Of a stretch of 64,000 nt of DNA, positions 11,188-20,357 are shown one piece after another. The DNA is from a virus. The stretch covers positions 6,453 through 70,452 of the IMG/VR virus record IMGVR_UViG_3300030328_001739; one strand, 5' to 3'. Numbering within the stretch: the first letter of the stretch is position 1; the number at the start of each line of letters is the position of its first letter. Under the pieces are notes generated by a model, which was not told the DNA's origin, did not search any database, and saw only the letters and a program-made list of their open reading frames with translations. The translations under genes were made by a program, and so were the position numbers.

Positions 11188-11894
11188 TCTTCTCTAATAG
11201 AAATTATTCTCTCTGCCGTTGGGTTACTAATACCTTTAACTTTAGTTAAAGATTTTTTATTATTCTTTTTTAATAATATTTTGCTTAAAGAGCCAAACTC
11301 TTTTAGCAACGCATGAGCAGATTCTAAAGTAACCCCGGGAATTGTTGCTAACATTACAGCCCTATAATCCTCAGAAAAATTGCCGTTTCTTCGCACTCTT
11401 TTCTCTGCTGCTATTGCGTTGCTAACTGTTAGTTTAGTGTGGGAGGTTACTATCCAACTGACATAATCATCCATAGTAGCAAACTCAATATATCTAATCT
11501 TGGGGAATCTAGCGTACATATTCAATTTGAAATTGCGGATAACCCCTTTCATTTTCATTACTTCTTGAGCAACCACTTTTTTACTAGTTCTCTTTCTGAA
11601 ATAAGGCTTTAGTTGTGTACCATATACTGCTAAGATAGGGTATTCATAAGCATCACAAAGGTCTGCTAGTTGTTGTGTTAGGTTTCTATTCCTACCTATA
11701 CCCAATATAGTTCTGTATAAGTCATTGATTTCCTTTGCTTCTATACCCCAAGAGCCAATAACATAATCACCAGTTGATAATCTCTTTACCTTACCTTTAC
11801 CGTTTTTATCTATGTCAACATCACCAAGTCTACCTAGCAACGAATGAATAAGCGCAGGGTTCTCCCTGTCATCTATATACACTACCACGTACAC
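11178..11894 (-). CDS. ERCC4/XPF-family nuclease with C-terminal helix-hairpin-helix
   Basis: IDDRE, GDY, IEAKEINDL (ERK-like) motifs and two HhH motifs (IPGV, VKGIS). Confidence 0.85.
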   Translation of the reverse strand: MYVVVYIDDRENPALIHSLLGRLGDVDIDKNGKGKVKRLSTGDYVIGSWGIEAKEINDLYRTILGIGRNRNLTQQLADLCDAYEYPILAVYGTQLKPYFRKRTSKKVVAQEVMKMKGVIRNFKLNMYARFPKIRYIEFATMDDYVSWIVTSHTKLTVSNAIAAEKRVRRNGNFSEDYRAVMLATIPGVTLESAHALLKEFGSLSKILLKKNNKKSLTKVKGISNPTAERIISIREDYE

Positions 11895-11922
11895 CGATTA
11901 GGCAGTTGCTTGATAAAGGGTT

Positions 11923-12030
11923 CTAATCCCCACAGCAACCTACTACCTTTGTATGGCAGTTAAGACAGGCTCTAGAGCCATGTACCTCTATAAATCCTTT
12001 AACACTACCACAAAAAGGACAATGAGTCAT
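11923..12030 (-). CDS. 35-aa zinc-finger microprotein (not in ORF track)
   Basis: Hand translation MTHCPFCGSVKGFIEVHGSRACLNCHTKVVGCCGD; CPxCG plus CxxC; fills the gap between primase and ERCC4. Confidence 0.6.
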   Translation of the reverse strand: MTHCPFCGSVKGFIEVHGSRACLNCHTKVVGCCGD

Positions 12031-12052
12031 TATCCTACATTCTTCACTTTCT

Positions 12053-13066
12053 CTAATTACCACAATACCAACATCCGTTGCCATCACATAAATTATTTTT
12101 CTTAAACCAAGCAGGTGAAGGGTATCGTTTGTATTTGATTAATGATTTAACAGCCTTTCGGGTTATACTAGGTTTGTAATCAGACCAACCCAAAGTACCT
12201 ATAAAACTACATATTTCATCCTCTATACTTTGTGTTTGTTCTCTAGTCAAATCTTCGGGGTTAGCATACCATCTCAAAGATGCAGCCATGTGTTGACCCA
12301 ACGCTACCCTTACATGATGGGGTGGATTAGAGACTTGTATAGCCCTCTCTAGACAGGTGGGTAGGGGTACAGTAGTGGCTAGTGGTTCGCTGCCCGTAGG
12401 TAGGCTTGTAGAGCCTTTAATTGCCTCTTGTATTGCATCTTTATTATTCTTATACCATAGTGTTAAACTGAATCTATTACCTATTGGTACGCCACTAAAT
12501 GGATTTAGATGACTAAGGCTAGGGTCGGGTCTTTTAGGTATTCTATAATTAAATGGGTCCTTAGCAAATGCTCTAGCGTCAATAGTAACAGCCCATCTGT
12601 TTCTCTTAGGATTGTAAGTATCAGGTACTCTCGCTAATTTTTCGGGGTATCCTACCCCGTCTAAAGATAGCAACCCCGCAGCCATTGTCTTTTCGTAGTT
12701 ATCTAATCTTCCAGCCCAATCTCTGCCGATAACAGGCCTGTCAAAGAACTGATGAACATGAAACCCTCTACCAGTAGCAACACAACGAACATCTCCTTCT
12801 AATCTATTAATTAGAATAGCAACATCACTTTTTACTTGGTCCATAGTTATGTCGTTCATAATATCGAAATCCCACCATGCTCTATCCATAATAGCAGAGT
12901 CATAGTCTACCTTTCTATCATCAATCATATTATCAAAAGCATATAGGCTAGTATAAGTGGATGAAAGATTTTTCAATCTAGAAACGTAACTACTGAAATC
13001 TTTTTCAGTTAAGCATAATGCTCTCTTTAACCCTATTTGTCTAGGGAAACTTAGTAACTGCATCAT
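12053..13066 (-). CDS. archaeo-eukaryotic primase, PriS domain fused to PriL-like C-terminal domain
   Basis: WDFD (DxD), TGRGFHV and RVP motifs; C-terminal LPTCL..PPHHVR..Cys-rich region like PriL-CTD. Confidence 0.85.
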   Translation of the reverse strand: MMQLLSFPRQIGLKRALCLTEKDFSSYVSRLKNLSSTYTSLYAFDNMIDDRKVDYDSAIMDRAWWDFDIMNDITMDQVKSDVAILINRLEGDVRCVATGRGFHVHQFFDRPVIGRDWAGRLDNYEKTMAAGLLSLDGVGYPEKLARVPDTYNPKRNRWAVTIDARAFAKDPFNYRIPKRPDPSLSHLNPFSGVPIGNRFSLTLWYKNNKDAIQEAIKGSTSLPTGSEPLATTVPLPTCLERAIQVSNPPHHVRVALGQHMAASLRWYANPEDLTREQTQSIEDEICSFIGTLGWSDYKPSITRKAVKSLIKYKRYPSPAWFKKNNLCDGNGCWYCGN

Positions 13067-13221
13067 TATAACACCCTCGTATCTACAACGCCTTTATGAC
13101 CGCATATAGTACAAGTAGCAACGACAATTTCTAGTGTCGGCTTATCAACATCTCCAGTTACCTGCACGTAAGTTTCAACCTCTCCTAGTATATCTCCATC
13201 ACATTCTTCACATATCAACAA
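13066..13221 (-). CDS. about 51-aa zinc-ribbon protein (not in ORF track)
   Basis: Hand translation (L)LICEECDGD...ATCTICGHKG..VL*; its stop overlaps the primase ATG (TAATG); TTG start uncertain. Confidence 0.55.
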   Translation of the reverse strand: MLICEECDGDILGEVETYVQVTGDVDKPTLEIVVATCTICGHKGVVDTRVL

Positions 13222-14092
13222 ACGACACCCCCGCTACTTCTTCTTCACATGACATGACATAAGAACACCATTGAGGGCATCTCCAATCATCCCAATTCAT
13301 ATCCCATTCTTCGTTTCGTATCCTTTCCAAAAACGACTCGAATCGGGATTCAAATGATGTAACACTTCTCATATTAACCTTTTCAACAAGGGTTATACCT
13401 GCATCCTCTCCAACCCAAACAGTCTTATTTTTCTGCGACTGTAATGACCTTAGTAGTTTCTCACTTGTAGCATCAGGAAGTACATATATGAATCTAGTTG
13501 CTACTTCCCCATCCATATCTTCTAAGACCATACGATAGAAACATAGTTCCTTTCTAGTCTTTGTAATTTTATTTACGTTGCTATTTCCTGTCTTCAATTC
13601 TAATATTGCCAAAGTACCATCTTCATGTCTAACGACACCATCAATCATACCAGTAATAACAATATCATATTTCTCATTATAATAGACTCTTTTCTTTTCA
13701 ACTTCTACTGGGGCAAAGTTTTCAATACCCCAATGTTCTAATCTTTGTTGCTCTAGTTCTGCTAATGTCTCGAATACTTCGTCAGGGGGAAACAACGGCT
13801 TCAAATGATGTTGTCCTTCCCACGCCTCATAGAAATCTTCTAACCCTTGATGGATATAAGTACCTCTTATCATAGCCTCACTAGCGGGCATCCTCAAATC
13901 TTTTAGTATTACTTTATCCCAGTAGTATTGTCTAGGACAGTATTCATAATTCATAAAGGAAGATTTAGCAACACGCAATACTTTACCCTCTTCCGTTGGG
14001 TCATACGAGGAATATTCTCTAAGCGTTTCATCATCTGCACACTTCATACAAATATTAGTAACAGGATGGATTACACATTCACAAGAGGTCAT
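13208..14092 (-). CDS. Cas4/RecB-like PD-(D/E)XK exonuclease
   Basis: CPRQY, GTYIH, GMIDG, ELKTG and C-terminal CPQWC..C (Fe-S pattern). Confidence 0.85.
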   Translation of the reverse strand: MTSCECVIHPVTNICMKCADDETLREYSSYDPTEEGKVLRVAKSSFMNYEYCPRQYYWDKVILKDLRMPASEAMIRGTYIHQGLEDFYEAWEGQHHLKPLFPPDEVFETLAELEQQRLEHWGIENFAPVEVEKKRVYYNEKYDIVITGMIDGVVRHEDGTLAILELKTGNSNVNKITKTRKELCFYRMVLEDMDGEVATRFIYVLPDATSEKLLRSLQSQKNKTVWVGEDAGITLVEKVNMRSVTSFESRFESFLERIRNEEWDMNWDDWRCPQWCSYVMSCEEEVAGVSFVDM

Positions 14093-14165
14093 TCCTCTTC
14101 TCCTTTTATTTGTTCTATTTTGGGTTTGCGAGGATTAGTCCATAACGAAGAGGGTGTTCTTCTCG

Positions 14166-14444
14166 TCATTCCTCTTCCCCCACTTTAGTTTCTAAGTCGT
14201 TGTTACAGAATCTACAAATCAATTCATCTACTTCCATACCCGCAACCAACGGGATGTTATTCGTTTGACCGCAGTTAACGCAATCCGCCTGTCTTATTTT
14301 TCCTCTCTCTTTAAGGTCATTCAAGAGTAGGGTTGATACTAGATTTAGTTCTGCTAATACAACCTGTAAACCTTGATGTAGACTTAGTAAACCATTATTT
14401 AGGGCTTCTATATCCGTAGTTAATTCTTCGTTGCTTTTACTCAT
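14166..14444 (-). CDS. coiled-coil plus zinc-finger protein
   Basis: CxxC...CxxC; start moved to ATG 14444, 24 nt below a TTTATA box. Confidence 0.55.
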   Translation of the reverse strand: MSKSNEELTTDIEALNNGLLSLHQGLQVVLAELNLVSTLLLNDLKERGKIRQADCVNCGQTNNIPLVAGMEVDELICRFCNNDLETKVGEEE

Positions 14445-14464
14445 GGCCTTTCTACTAACCCTCT

Positions 14465-16711
14465 TCATATAAACCCAACGGTAGGTATTCCATGTAAAGC
14501 GTTGTATATAGGTTGTATCTCCCAATCCGCTACCTGATAATAAGGTTCTATTTTCTTAACTATGAATCTATCTATAATGTGGTGATACCCTATATCAGCA
14601 AAGCCCTCTATCTCTGATACTTCATCAAATGCAATATAATCCCCGTTGCTATCTAAGGTAACTAAGAAATCACTACCGTTTCGATAACCCTTACCTAGAT
14701 TATCATTAGCCCATTTAGCACCTGCCGAAACACCCGAAAGGACTTTATATTTACTTAAGTCCTTTTTGAGATTACCTTTCATACATAAATCTTGTAATGG
14801 ATAGTGTTCATCTAGTATACCTTGTATAGTTTCTACAACAAGTTCAGTATTTTTCTTTTCGTTGTTATCTTTATCATCCAATATATTATTTATTGTAGTA
14901 GACAAAACTTGTTTAACAACTGGGAACATTCTAGATTGTTTAAGTTCTATACCTTTGACATACAATTCAGGTTGCTGATATTCTCCATCCCCCCAAGTAA
15001 CTATACCTGCATAACGATTTTTAGCCTTTAGCAACAGACTTTTACACCACTTTTCAAACTCATTTTCTATTGGATACATTTTCTTATTCAATAATTTAGT
15101 CAACTCGACACCCTGCTCAGGGGTAGGGATGATAACGAATGCTGAATCTGTATGAGAGTAAAGTACTTCAAAACCCTCGTTCTCGCACTCTTCTCGCAAT
15201 TGTTGTAAAGTCATACGGGATGTATAGGTGATAGCCGCAGCCACCTTTGGATGGTATAAGCCATATTTAGAGTCTCCTGCCGCACCATAAATACTAGCAA
15301 CCAAAGACTTCGTAGCAAATTGAAGAGAATCATATCTATTTTTTTCCTCTTTAGTTTTAGCAGTCTTTAGTTTTTCTTTGTATTCTTGTCTCAATACCGT
15401 CATTTTATCCATCTGTCTAAGCAACAGACTAGGCTTACCTTGACTGAAACAAACCCCATTACCACAGTCTTTACCTTGTTTATCTAGTGTTTCATGTCCT
15501 ATGTTATGCAAATCTACGTTGCTATGATACATAGCCCTAATATCTAATATAGCAACATTATCAAACACACCAACCTTATCTATCTCTATCGAAGCACCCT
15601 CATAAGGCTCATATTCAAACTGAGGTTTAGTTGGTATTTGTAAATTAAAGTCATTGTCTCTCAAAGCCAATATTGTAAATATCTTAGTAATAAATGGTGT
15701 AGTTCTAATATCGCAACCAACAATATGTTGAATCGCAATATAGTGTTCTATACAATTATTTAGAGAGTTTAACTTAGGTAGCAACCTAACATCTTGTATA
15801 GAGTAATCCAAGTATGTACCGAAATCCGTATAGTAGGTTTCATGTCCTTCTTCTAGTTCTACCTTTGTCTCTTGTAGACATTCACTAGACACCGTTGCTA
15901 GGGATTTGTTAGGTAGTTGTCCGTTCTTTATGGTCCACAGTCTAGTAAACGCAATCATCATATCAATAGTATTGATACCGCCTATTGGTTGCGCCCAATC
16001 ACCAAAATTATATCTCACTCTATTGATAGGGGATAATGTTCTAGGGTCTAAGCCGTTGGCTTGGAATCTTTTGATTATCTTCTGTAAATCAGCATTGACT
16101 ACATTCCAACCTGTAATAACATCAGGGTCCTGTTTAACCAAATGTTTAGCAAAGGCCTTGAGCATTGATTTCTCGTTGCTAAATGCTATTGCTGGTTTAC
16201 CTTCTATGTGTAATTCATCTATCCCATCAGGGTGATTCTTACAAGGAAATGTATCGTAGAAACCTGCTTTGTAATCAGGATGTGTAAAGAATACATAGTA
16301 CTCGTTGCTAAAGGTATCATAGACTACCATTATTGTTAACTTACCTGTCCTAATAGACCACTCACAATCTAGATACCATACTCTATGATTATAGTTTTCA
16401 GGTAATACGTTGTTATCTACTAAGGCTCTGTTAACATACGGCACATTAGCCTCCCACGTTTCTAAGTGCGGCATATCCTGTCTAATAGTGTAAATGTCTT
16501 CGGGTGTTTTGGTGTATACTTTAGTCAATGATTCACCATATACCCCTTCATATCCAGTTTCATATCTCAATACAGAACTATGTTCTAGAGGTACTGCTAT
16601 ATCTTCTATGTAGAAGAAGGGTTGACAAGTATGCGTTTCAGTAATTCTTTTGCCGTTTGAATCTCTTACTCTTACTGATATTTTGTTACGGCCAGTCCGT
16701 TCAATTATCAC
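14465..16711 (-). CDS. polB: family B DNA polymerase
   Basis: Exo motifs DCE, GWNVVNAD, YSIQD; polymerase motifs DIRAMYHS, KSLVASIYG, YSHTDS, KNRY, KGIE. Confidence 0.95.
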   Translation of the reverse strand: MIIERTGRNKISVRVRDSNGKRITETHTCQPFFYIEDIAVPLEHSSVLRYETGYEGVYGESLTKVYTKTPEDIYTIRQDMPHLETWEANVPYVNRALVDNNVLPENYNHRVWYLDCEWSIRTGKLTIMVVYDTFSNEYYVFFTHPDYKAGFYDTFPCKNHPDGIDELHIEGKPAIAFSNEKSMLKAFAKHLVKQDPDVITGWNVVNADLQKIIKRFQANGLDPRTLSPINRVRYNFGDWAQPIGGINTIDMMIAFTRLWTIKNGQLPNKSLATVSSECLQETKVELEEGHETYYTDFGTYLDYSIQDVRLLPKLNSLNNCIEHYIAIQHIVGCDIRTTPFITKIFTILALRDNDFNLQIPTKPQFEYEPYEGASIEIDKVGVFDNVAILDIRAMYHSNVDLHNIGHETLDKQGKDCGNGVCFSQGKPSLLLRQMDKMTVLRQEYKEKLKTAKTKEEKNRYDSLQFATKSLVASIYGAAGDSKYGLYHPKVAAAITYTSRMTLQQLREECENEGFEVLYSHTDSAFVIIPTPEQGVELTKLLNKKMYPIENEFEKWCKSLLLKAKNRYAGIVTWGDGEYQQPELYVKGIELKQSRMFPVVKQVLSTTINNILDDKDNNEKKNTELVVETIQGILDEHYPLQDLCMKGNLKKDLSKYKVLSGVSAGAKWANDNLGKGYRNGSDFLVTLDSNGDYIAFDEVSEIEGFADIGYHHIIDRFIVKKIEPYYQVADWEIQPIYNALHGIPTVGFI

Positions 16712-17030
16712 GAACTCTACCCCTATTTCTAGTCTCTATATTATGGTGTTTTAACCAGTTATTAATAGCCATAGGGGATACCCCATATACATCTGCTATT
16801 TTTTGCATACTCATACCCTGTTCAACGTACATAGCAACCAATCGGTCTTTCCTTCTATATCCTTTGTCTGTAATTACACCTTGTAGTTTAACTGTCAAAT
16901 CAAATGTTTTTTCGCATTTAGGGCAACCTATGTAATAGAAACCAGTTTTACTTTCATTATAATCTAAGTATATCCCTCTATGGAGACTAAACTCATTTTC
17001 ACAACTACATCTAATTAGCACTTTCAACAC
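16701..17030 (-). CDS. zinc-ribbon plus HTH DNA-binding protein
   Basis: CSC..CPKC, then MSMQKIADVYGVSPMAINNWL HTH. Confidence 0.7.
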   Translation of the reverse strand: MLKVLIRCSCENEFSLHRGIYLDYNESKTGFYYIGCPKCEKTFDLTVKLQGVITDKGYRRKDRLVAMYVEQGMSMQKIADVYGVSPMAINNWLKHHNIETRNRGRVRDN

Positions 17031-17847
17031 CTACCTGCATAACTATGTTGCTACCATCAGTAAAGAGGAGAATAAAACCACCGCCATAATCTCTCATATC
17101 AAAAATACAAAGTATAATTACATCGTTGAAGTAATTAAGTACTTCTCCCAAACCGCCACCGAAGTCAATAGAGTAAGGAAATGCAAAATCCATCAAAGTA
17201 GTAGATGTTTTACCTTTCAATGTAGTACCACTTGTCAACACGGTTTTGTTATGTGAATTATGTAGAGTATATGTAGCAACGCTCTGCCCGTTAATATTAG
17301 AAGTATTAAAAGCATCAACCAACTTATCCCTATCCAAATCTGTTGTCAGACTAGGTTGGTGTATTTTCCCGTTGCTATCTCTATAACTACGCATAGGAAC
17401 GGTTATCTTACCGATTAACTCTTTTGCTTTCTTCCATTGTTGTAAAGCAGTTTCTCTAGAGGAGGGATATGCTCTGCAAAGTGATGAAGACATAAGAGAA
17501 GTACTTCTATTATCAGAAGTAATTAATAATTTAGTATTGTCATCTAATGAAACTATACTAACCGTATCACCATGAGTTTTCAATACCCCTAGCATATATG
17601 ATATATCTGCTATTACGAACTGAACGAATCCCCCCGCTTCACATTCCATTTTTAGTTCGTGTACGCTAGTTACACCATCCTTCACAGTACTAAAGATGGT
17701 TGCTTTATCACTATTTTGGTCGCACACAATAACACAAGCGTGGCATTGTGGTTGCTTACTTCCATTAATATAACTAAATCTTCTTGAAGCCTTTAGTAAA
17801 TCTTGTAACTTTTTATTGTCGAATATTACTCTATTGCTTGATGTCAT
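17011..17847 (-). CDS. putative divergent sliding clamp (PCNA-like)
   Basis: About 278 aa with a two-fold alpha/beta pattern; sits between PolB and RFC; no diagnostic motif; start moved to ATG 17847 on promoter spacing. Confidence 0.4.
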   Translation of the reverse strand: MTSSNRVIFDNKKLQDLLKASRRFSYINGSKQPQCHACVIVCDQNSDKATIFSTVKDGVTSVHELKMECEAGGFVQFVIADISYMLGVLKTHGDTVSIVSLDDNTKLLITSDNRSTSLMSSSLCRAYPSSRETALQQWKKAKELIGKITVPMRSYRDSNGKIHQPSLTTDLDRDKLVDAFNTSNINGQSVATYTLHNSHNKTVLTSGTTLKGKTSTTLMDFAFPYSIDFGGGLGEVLNYFNDVIILCIFDMRDYGGGFILLFTDGSNIVMQVGVESAN

Positions 17848-18127
17848 ATATATCCCTCTTACCTTCTCCATATAAACCCTTATCCAAATAATATAAATTA
17901 GTTACATTAGTTCTAGGTCCTTTTATTACTTTAACCTCTTTCATTCTACACATCACTTGCCCCAATTTAACTGCTGATAAATTAGGGGATTGTCTAGCGT
18001 TAGGGTTTATTCTAGGGTTTCTTTGTTCTTTGATTATATCGAGTACTCTTCTCGCTGATACAGGTCTTGTTTCGGTTGCTAGTGCAGATAGAATCCATCT
18101 CTTAACAAAATAGTTTCTTCTTACCAT
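17831..18127 (-). CDS. small basic winged-helix-like protein
   Basis: Basic, helix-helix-helix then beta hairpin ending in aromatic residues. Confidence 0.45.
   Translation of the reverse strand: MVRRNYFVKRWILSALATETRPVSARRVLDIIKEQRNPRINPNARQSPNLSAVKLGQVMCRMKEVKVIKGPRTNVTNLYYLDKGLYGEGKRDIYDIKQ
17865..17878 (-). promoter_or_regulatory. class I viral promoter GGTTTATATGGAGA
   Basis: TTTATA box 24 nt upstream of ATG 17847; same motif recurs at 14465, 21574, 23116, 28292, 29360 and 32105. Confidence 0.7.
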
Positions 18128-18136
18128 AAATAACCC

Positions 18137-19030
18137 TCATATACCGCTAAGTATGTGCGCAATAACGTCTACGGTCCATCCGTTACCTATGGCCTTGCGT
18201 CTTTGCGTTTCGGCAATACCTGTGGTATAATTATCCGGTAATGTCTGCAACCTTTCACATTCAAGATTTGTTAAATCTCTCCATTGTTCTCTAAGTGTAG
18301 TATCGTAAGCACCTGCGTATCTCCCATGAGGCAACTTACTAACAACCGCATCTTTTGAAACTGTTGTTAAGCAAGGGACAATATGAGAATCTTTCCTCAC
18401 TTGTAAACATTGAGTGATTGGAACGGACATATCATAATCCTTACGAACACCGTCTTTTAATCTCCGACCAGTTATGGTTGCTGAGTATTGGTATTCATCA
18501 TTCTCTAATATATCTGAAAGTTTTATACCTTTATCTTTTGGTAGGGTTACATTAGGGATATTAGTCCAATAGTATCTCTTTCTATTTTGAGCCGAGACTA
18601 ATGACGAATTGATAAATATAGGTTGGACCCCTAAACAATCTGATATAACATCTCTAATCTCATCTTTCATAACTACGTTTTCTAGCAACCAATACTTAGG
18701 CTTGTAATGACGTATAATATCAACAAAATCGAAGAATAGTTTACTACGTGGGTCATCAAAGTTCAATTTCTTACCTACACTTGAGAACCCTTGACATGGG
18801 CTACCACCAATGATTAAATCAATCTTCTCTATATCCCAATCTCGCCATTTTGTTATATCTCCTAGTTGTATAGTATCAGGCCAATTCTTTTGAGCAACAG
18901 TAATAGCATTCTTGTCTATCTCTGATGCGTAGTATTTGTCGTATGTAATACCCGCACGTTGTAAAGCCACTTGGCCGCAACTTATTCCATCAAATGTTCC
19001 TAATACAACTGAACAATGAACCATAAGCAA
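18137..19030 (-). CDS. DNA (cytosine-5)-methyltransferase
   Basis: FDGISCG (motif I), GGSPCQGFS (IV), ENV (VI), QNRKRYYW (VIII), ERLQT, GNGW (X); start may be ATG 19024. Confidence 0.95.
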   Translation of the reverse strand: MLMVHCSVVLGTFDGISCGQVALQRAGITYDKYYASEIDKNAITVAQKNWPDTIQLGDITKWRDWDIEKIDLIIGGSPCQGFSSVGKKLNFDDPRSKLFFDFVDIIRHYKPKYWLLENVVMKDEIRDVISDCLGVQPIFINSSLVSAQNRKRYYWTNIPNVTLPKDKGIKLSDILENDEYQYSATITGRRLKDGVRKDYDMSVPITQCLQVRKDSHIVPCLTTVSKDAVVSKLPHGRYAGAYDTTLREQWRDLTNLECERLQTLPDNYTTGIAETQRRKAIGNGWTVDVIAHILSGI

Positions 19031-19371
19031 CCCTCATAAATAGAATCACAGGCGGCGGCTTATCCGACTTGTTAATGCTTTATGTATTATCAGAACAGTT
19101 TGGGCGTTATAATCTAATCTCTCTCCGACCCTTCAACTAATGTTTCTTTATTCCGTTCTGTGCATATCGGTTACGGTTTTGGGCTAGCACCTGTTTATCT
19201 AGCCTCGCCACCATTTGTAATCTTATTCTTTGACCTCCATAAGCAACCCTCATAAATAGAATTACAGGCGGTGGCTTATCCGACGGCTCTCGTAAAGACG
19301 ATTGGATAACGGTTTGGACTACCCCAAATGTGTAGCCTCGCCACCATTTGTAATCTTATTCTTTGACCTCC
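19021..19371. repeat. tandem two-unit repeat with conserved flanks and different cores
   Basis: Block A 19021-19068 vs 19237-19284 (46/48 identical); block B 19200-19238 vs 19333-19371 (39/39); cores of 131 and 48 nt. Confidence 0.9.
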
Positions 19372-20357
19372 GTTGCTAGATTATTCCAGTTCAGGAACGG
19401 TAAGCCGTTCCAAATAACTTCTCCTTCTTTTACGGTAAGAACATCATGTGTTGTTCCTAGATATTCTTGATGAAGTCCTTTCATTTCTGTAATAGTACCT
19501 CTAACAACCCACTCGTTGCTATTTAGGCTAGCATCTTTCTTAACACCTGCCGCTAAGTCTCCTTTCTTACTAAATCTTGTCAACCAAATCTGTTGCGAGA
19601 AAAGTCTCTTTGTTCCGTTCTCCCATTCAGGGGTTTCACCGACTTTCATCAGACCCTTCTGACCGTTACCAATATCCATATATTCTTTGACATCTTTTAG
19701 ATGGAAAGTATAACCCACGAACGGGGCTTGTAGTTGATGCGCTCTGTTGATAACATCTCTAAATAATTGGTTTCTAGTTCTCCATTCCTTTTGATTAAAA
19801 GCATCACCTTCTTTCTCTATAACGCCTCTTCGTAGTAAAACATCAGTCATACTAAACTCACACCACTTTAGGAACGTGGAGCAACCATCTATGATAACCC
19901 CTCCTATTTCTCCAGTTCGGCATTGTTCACCTAAGATACGCATAAACCAAGACATCTTATCAACCAAAGCAACCCAGTTAGTAGAGTTGTCTTCGTTGAA
20001 TATAGAAGCATCAGAAGCATCGTATACAGGAATAACTTTGATACGGTTGTTATTAGGATAATTTACCATTACAGTCTGTGTAGCACTATTGTCTATATCT
20101 AGGATAATTACATCCCCTTGTGTAGTCTTTAAGGCTAAATCAATTAGTAATCCTGTCTTAGCAGTATTTTCTTTACCTACTGCTGCTAGTCTTACAGGGA
20201 AATGGTTGCTAGAACTACCTGATAACATATTAGTATAGTAGTCCCTACCATAACTAGACCTATCTTCAATAGGTTTGTCCGTAGAGGAAGGTATGGCTTG
20301 ACCCCAAGCCATTTTAATCCCACCCTTCCGGTTCGCCTTCTTCGTTGCCATCATCAT
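19356..20357 (-). CDS. P-loop ATPase (RecA/AAA_24-like)
   Basis: Walker A variant GKENTAKT, ILDID, Walker B VIIDG; true start probably the internal MAWG. Confidence 0.7.
   Translation of the reverse strand: MMMATKKANRKGGIKMAWGQAIPSSTDKPIEDRSSYGRDYYTNMLSGSSSNHFPVRLAAVGKENTAKTGLLIDLALKTTQGDVIILDIDNSATQTVMVNYPNNNRIKVIPVYDASDASIFNEDNSTNWVALVDKMSWFMRILGEQCRTGEIGGVIIDGCSTFLKWCEFSMTDVLLRRGVIEKEGDAFNQKEWRTRNQLFRDVINRAHQLQAPFVGYTFHLKDVKEYMDIGNGQKGLMKVGETPEWENGTKRLFSQQIWLTRFSKKGDLAAGVKKDASLNSNEWVVRGTITEMKGLHQEYLGTTHDVLTVKEGEVIWNGLPFLNWNNLATEVKE

Noticed and set aside
13208-14092. Cas4-like gene as a sign of CRISPR-Cas
   Set aside because: No other cas genes and no repeat-spacer array; solo Cas4-like nucleases are common in viral replication modules.
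18990-19037. Alternative frame MRVAYGSLFSCI resembling methyltransferase motif I
   Set aside because: Stops after 15 codons and the main frame already has an intact motif I; may be chance or a remnant.
19308-19326. GGGGTAGTCCAAACCGT resembles a 16S rRNA segment (GGTAGTCC..CCGT)
   Set aside because: Match is too short to separate from chance without a search.
19021-19371. The cassette as a CRISPR mini-array
   Set aside because: Repeat blocks total about 85 bp and the cores are very unequal (131 and 48 nt); does not fit CRISPR geometry.
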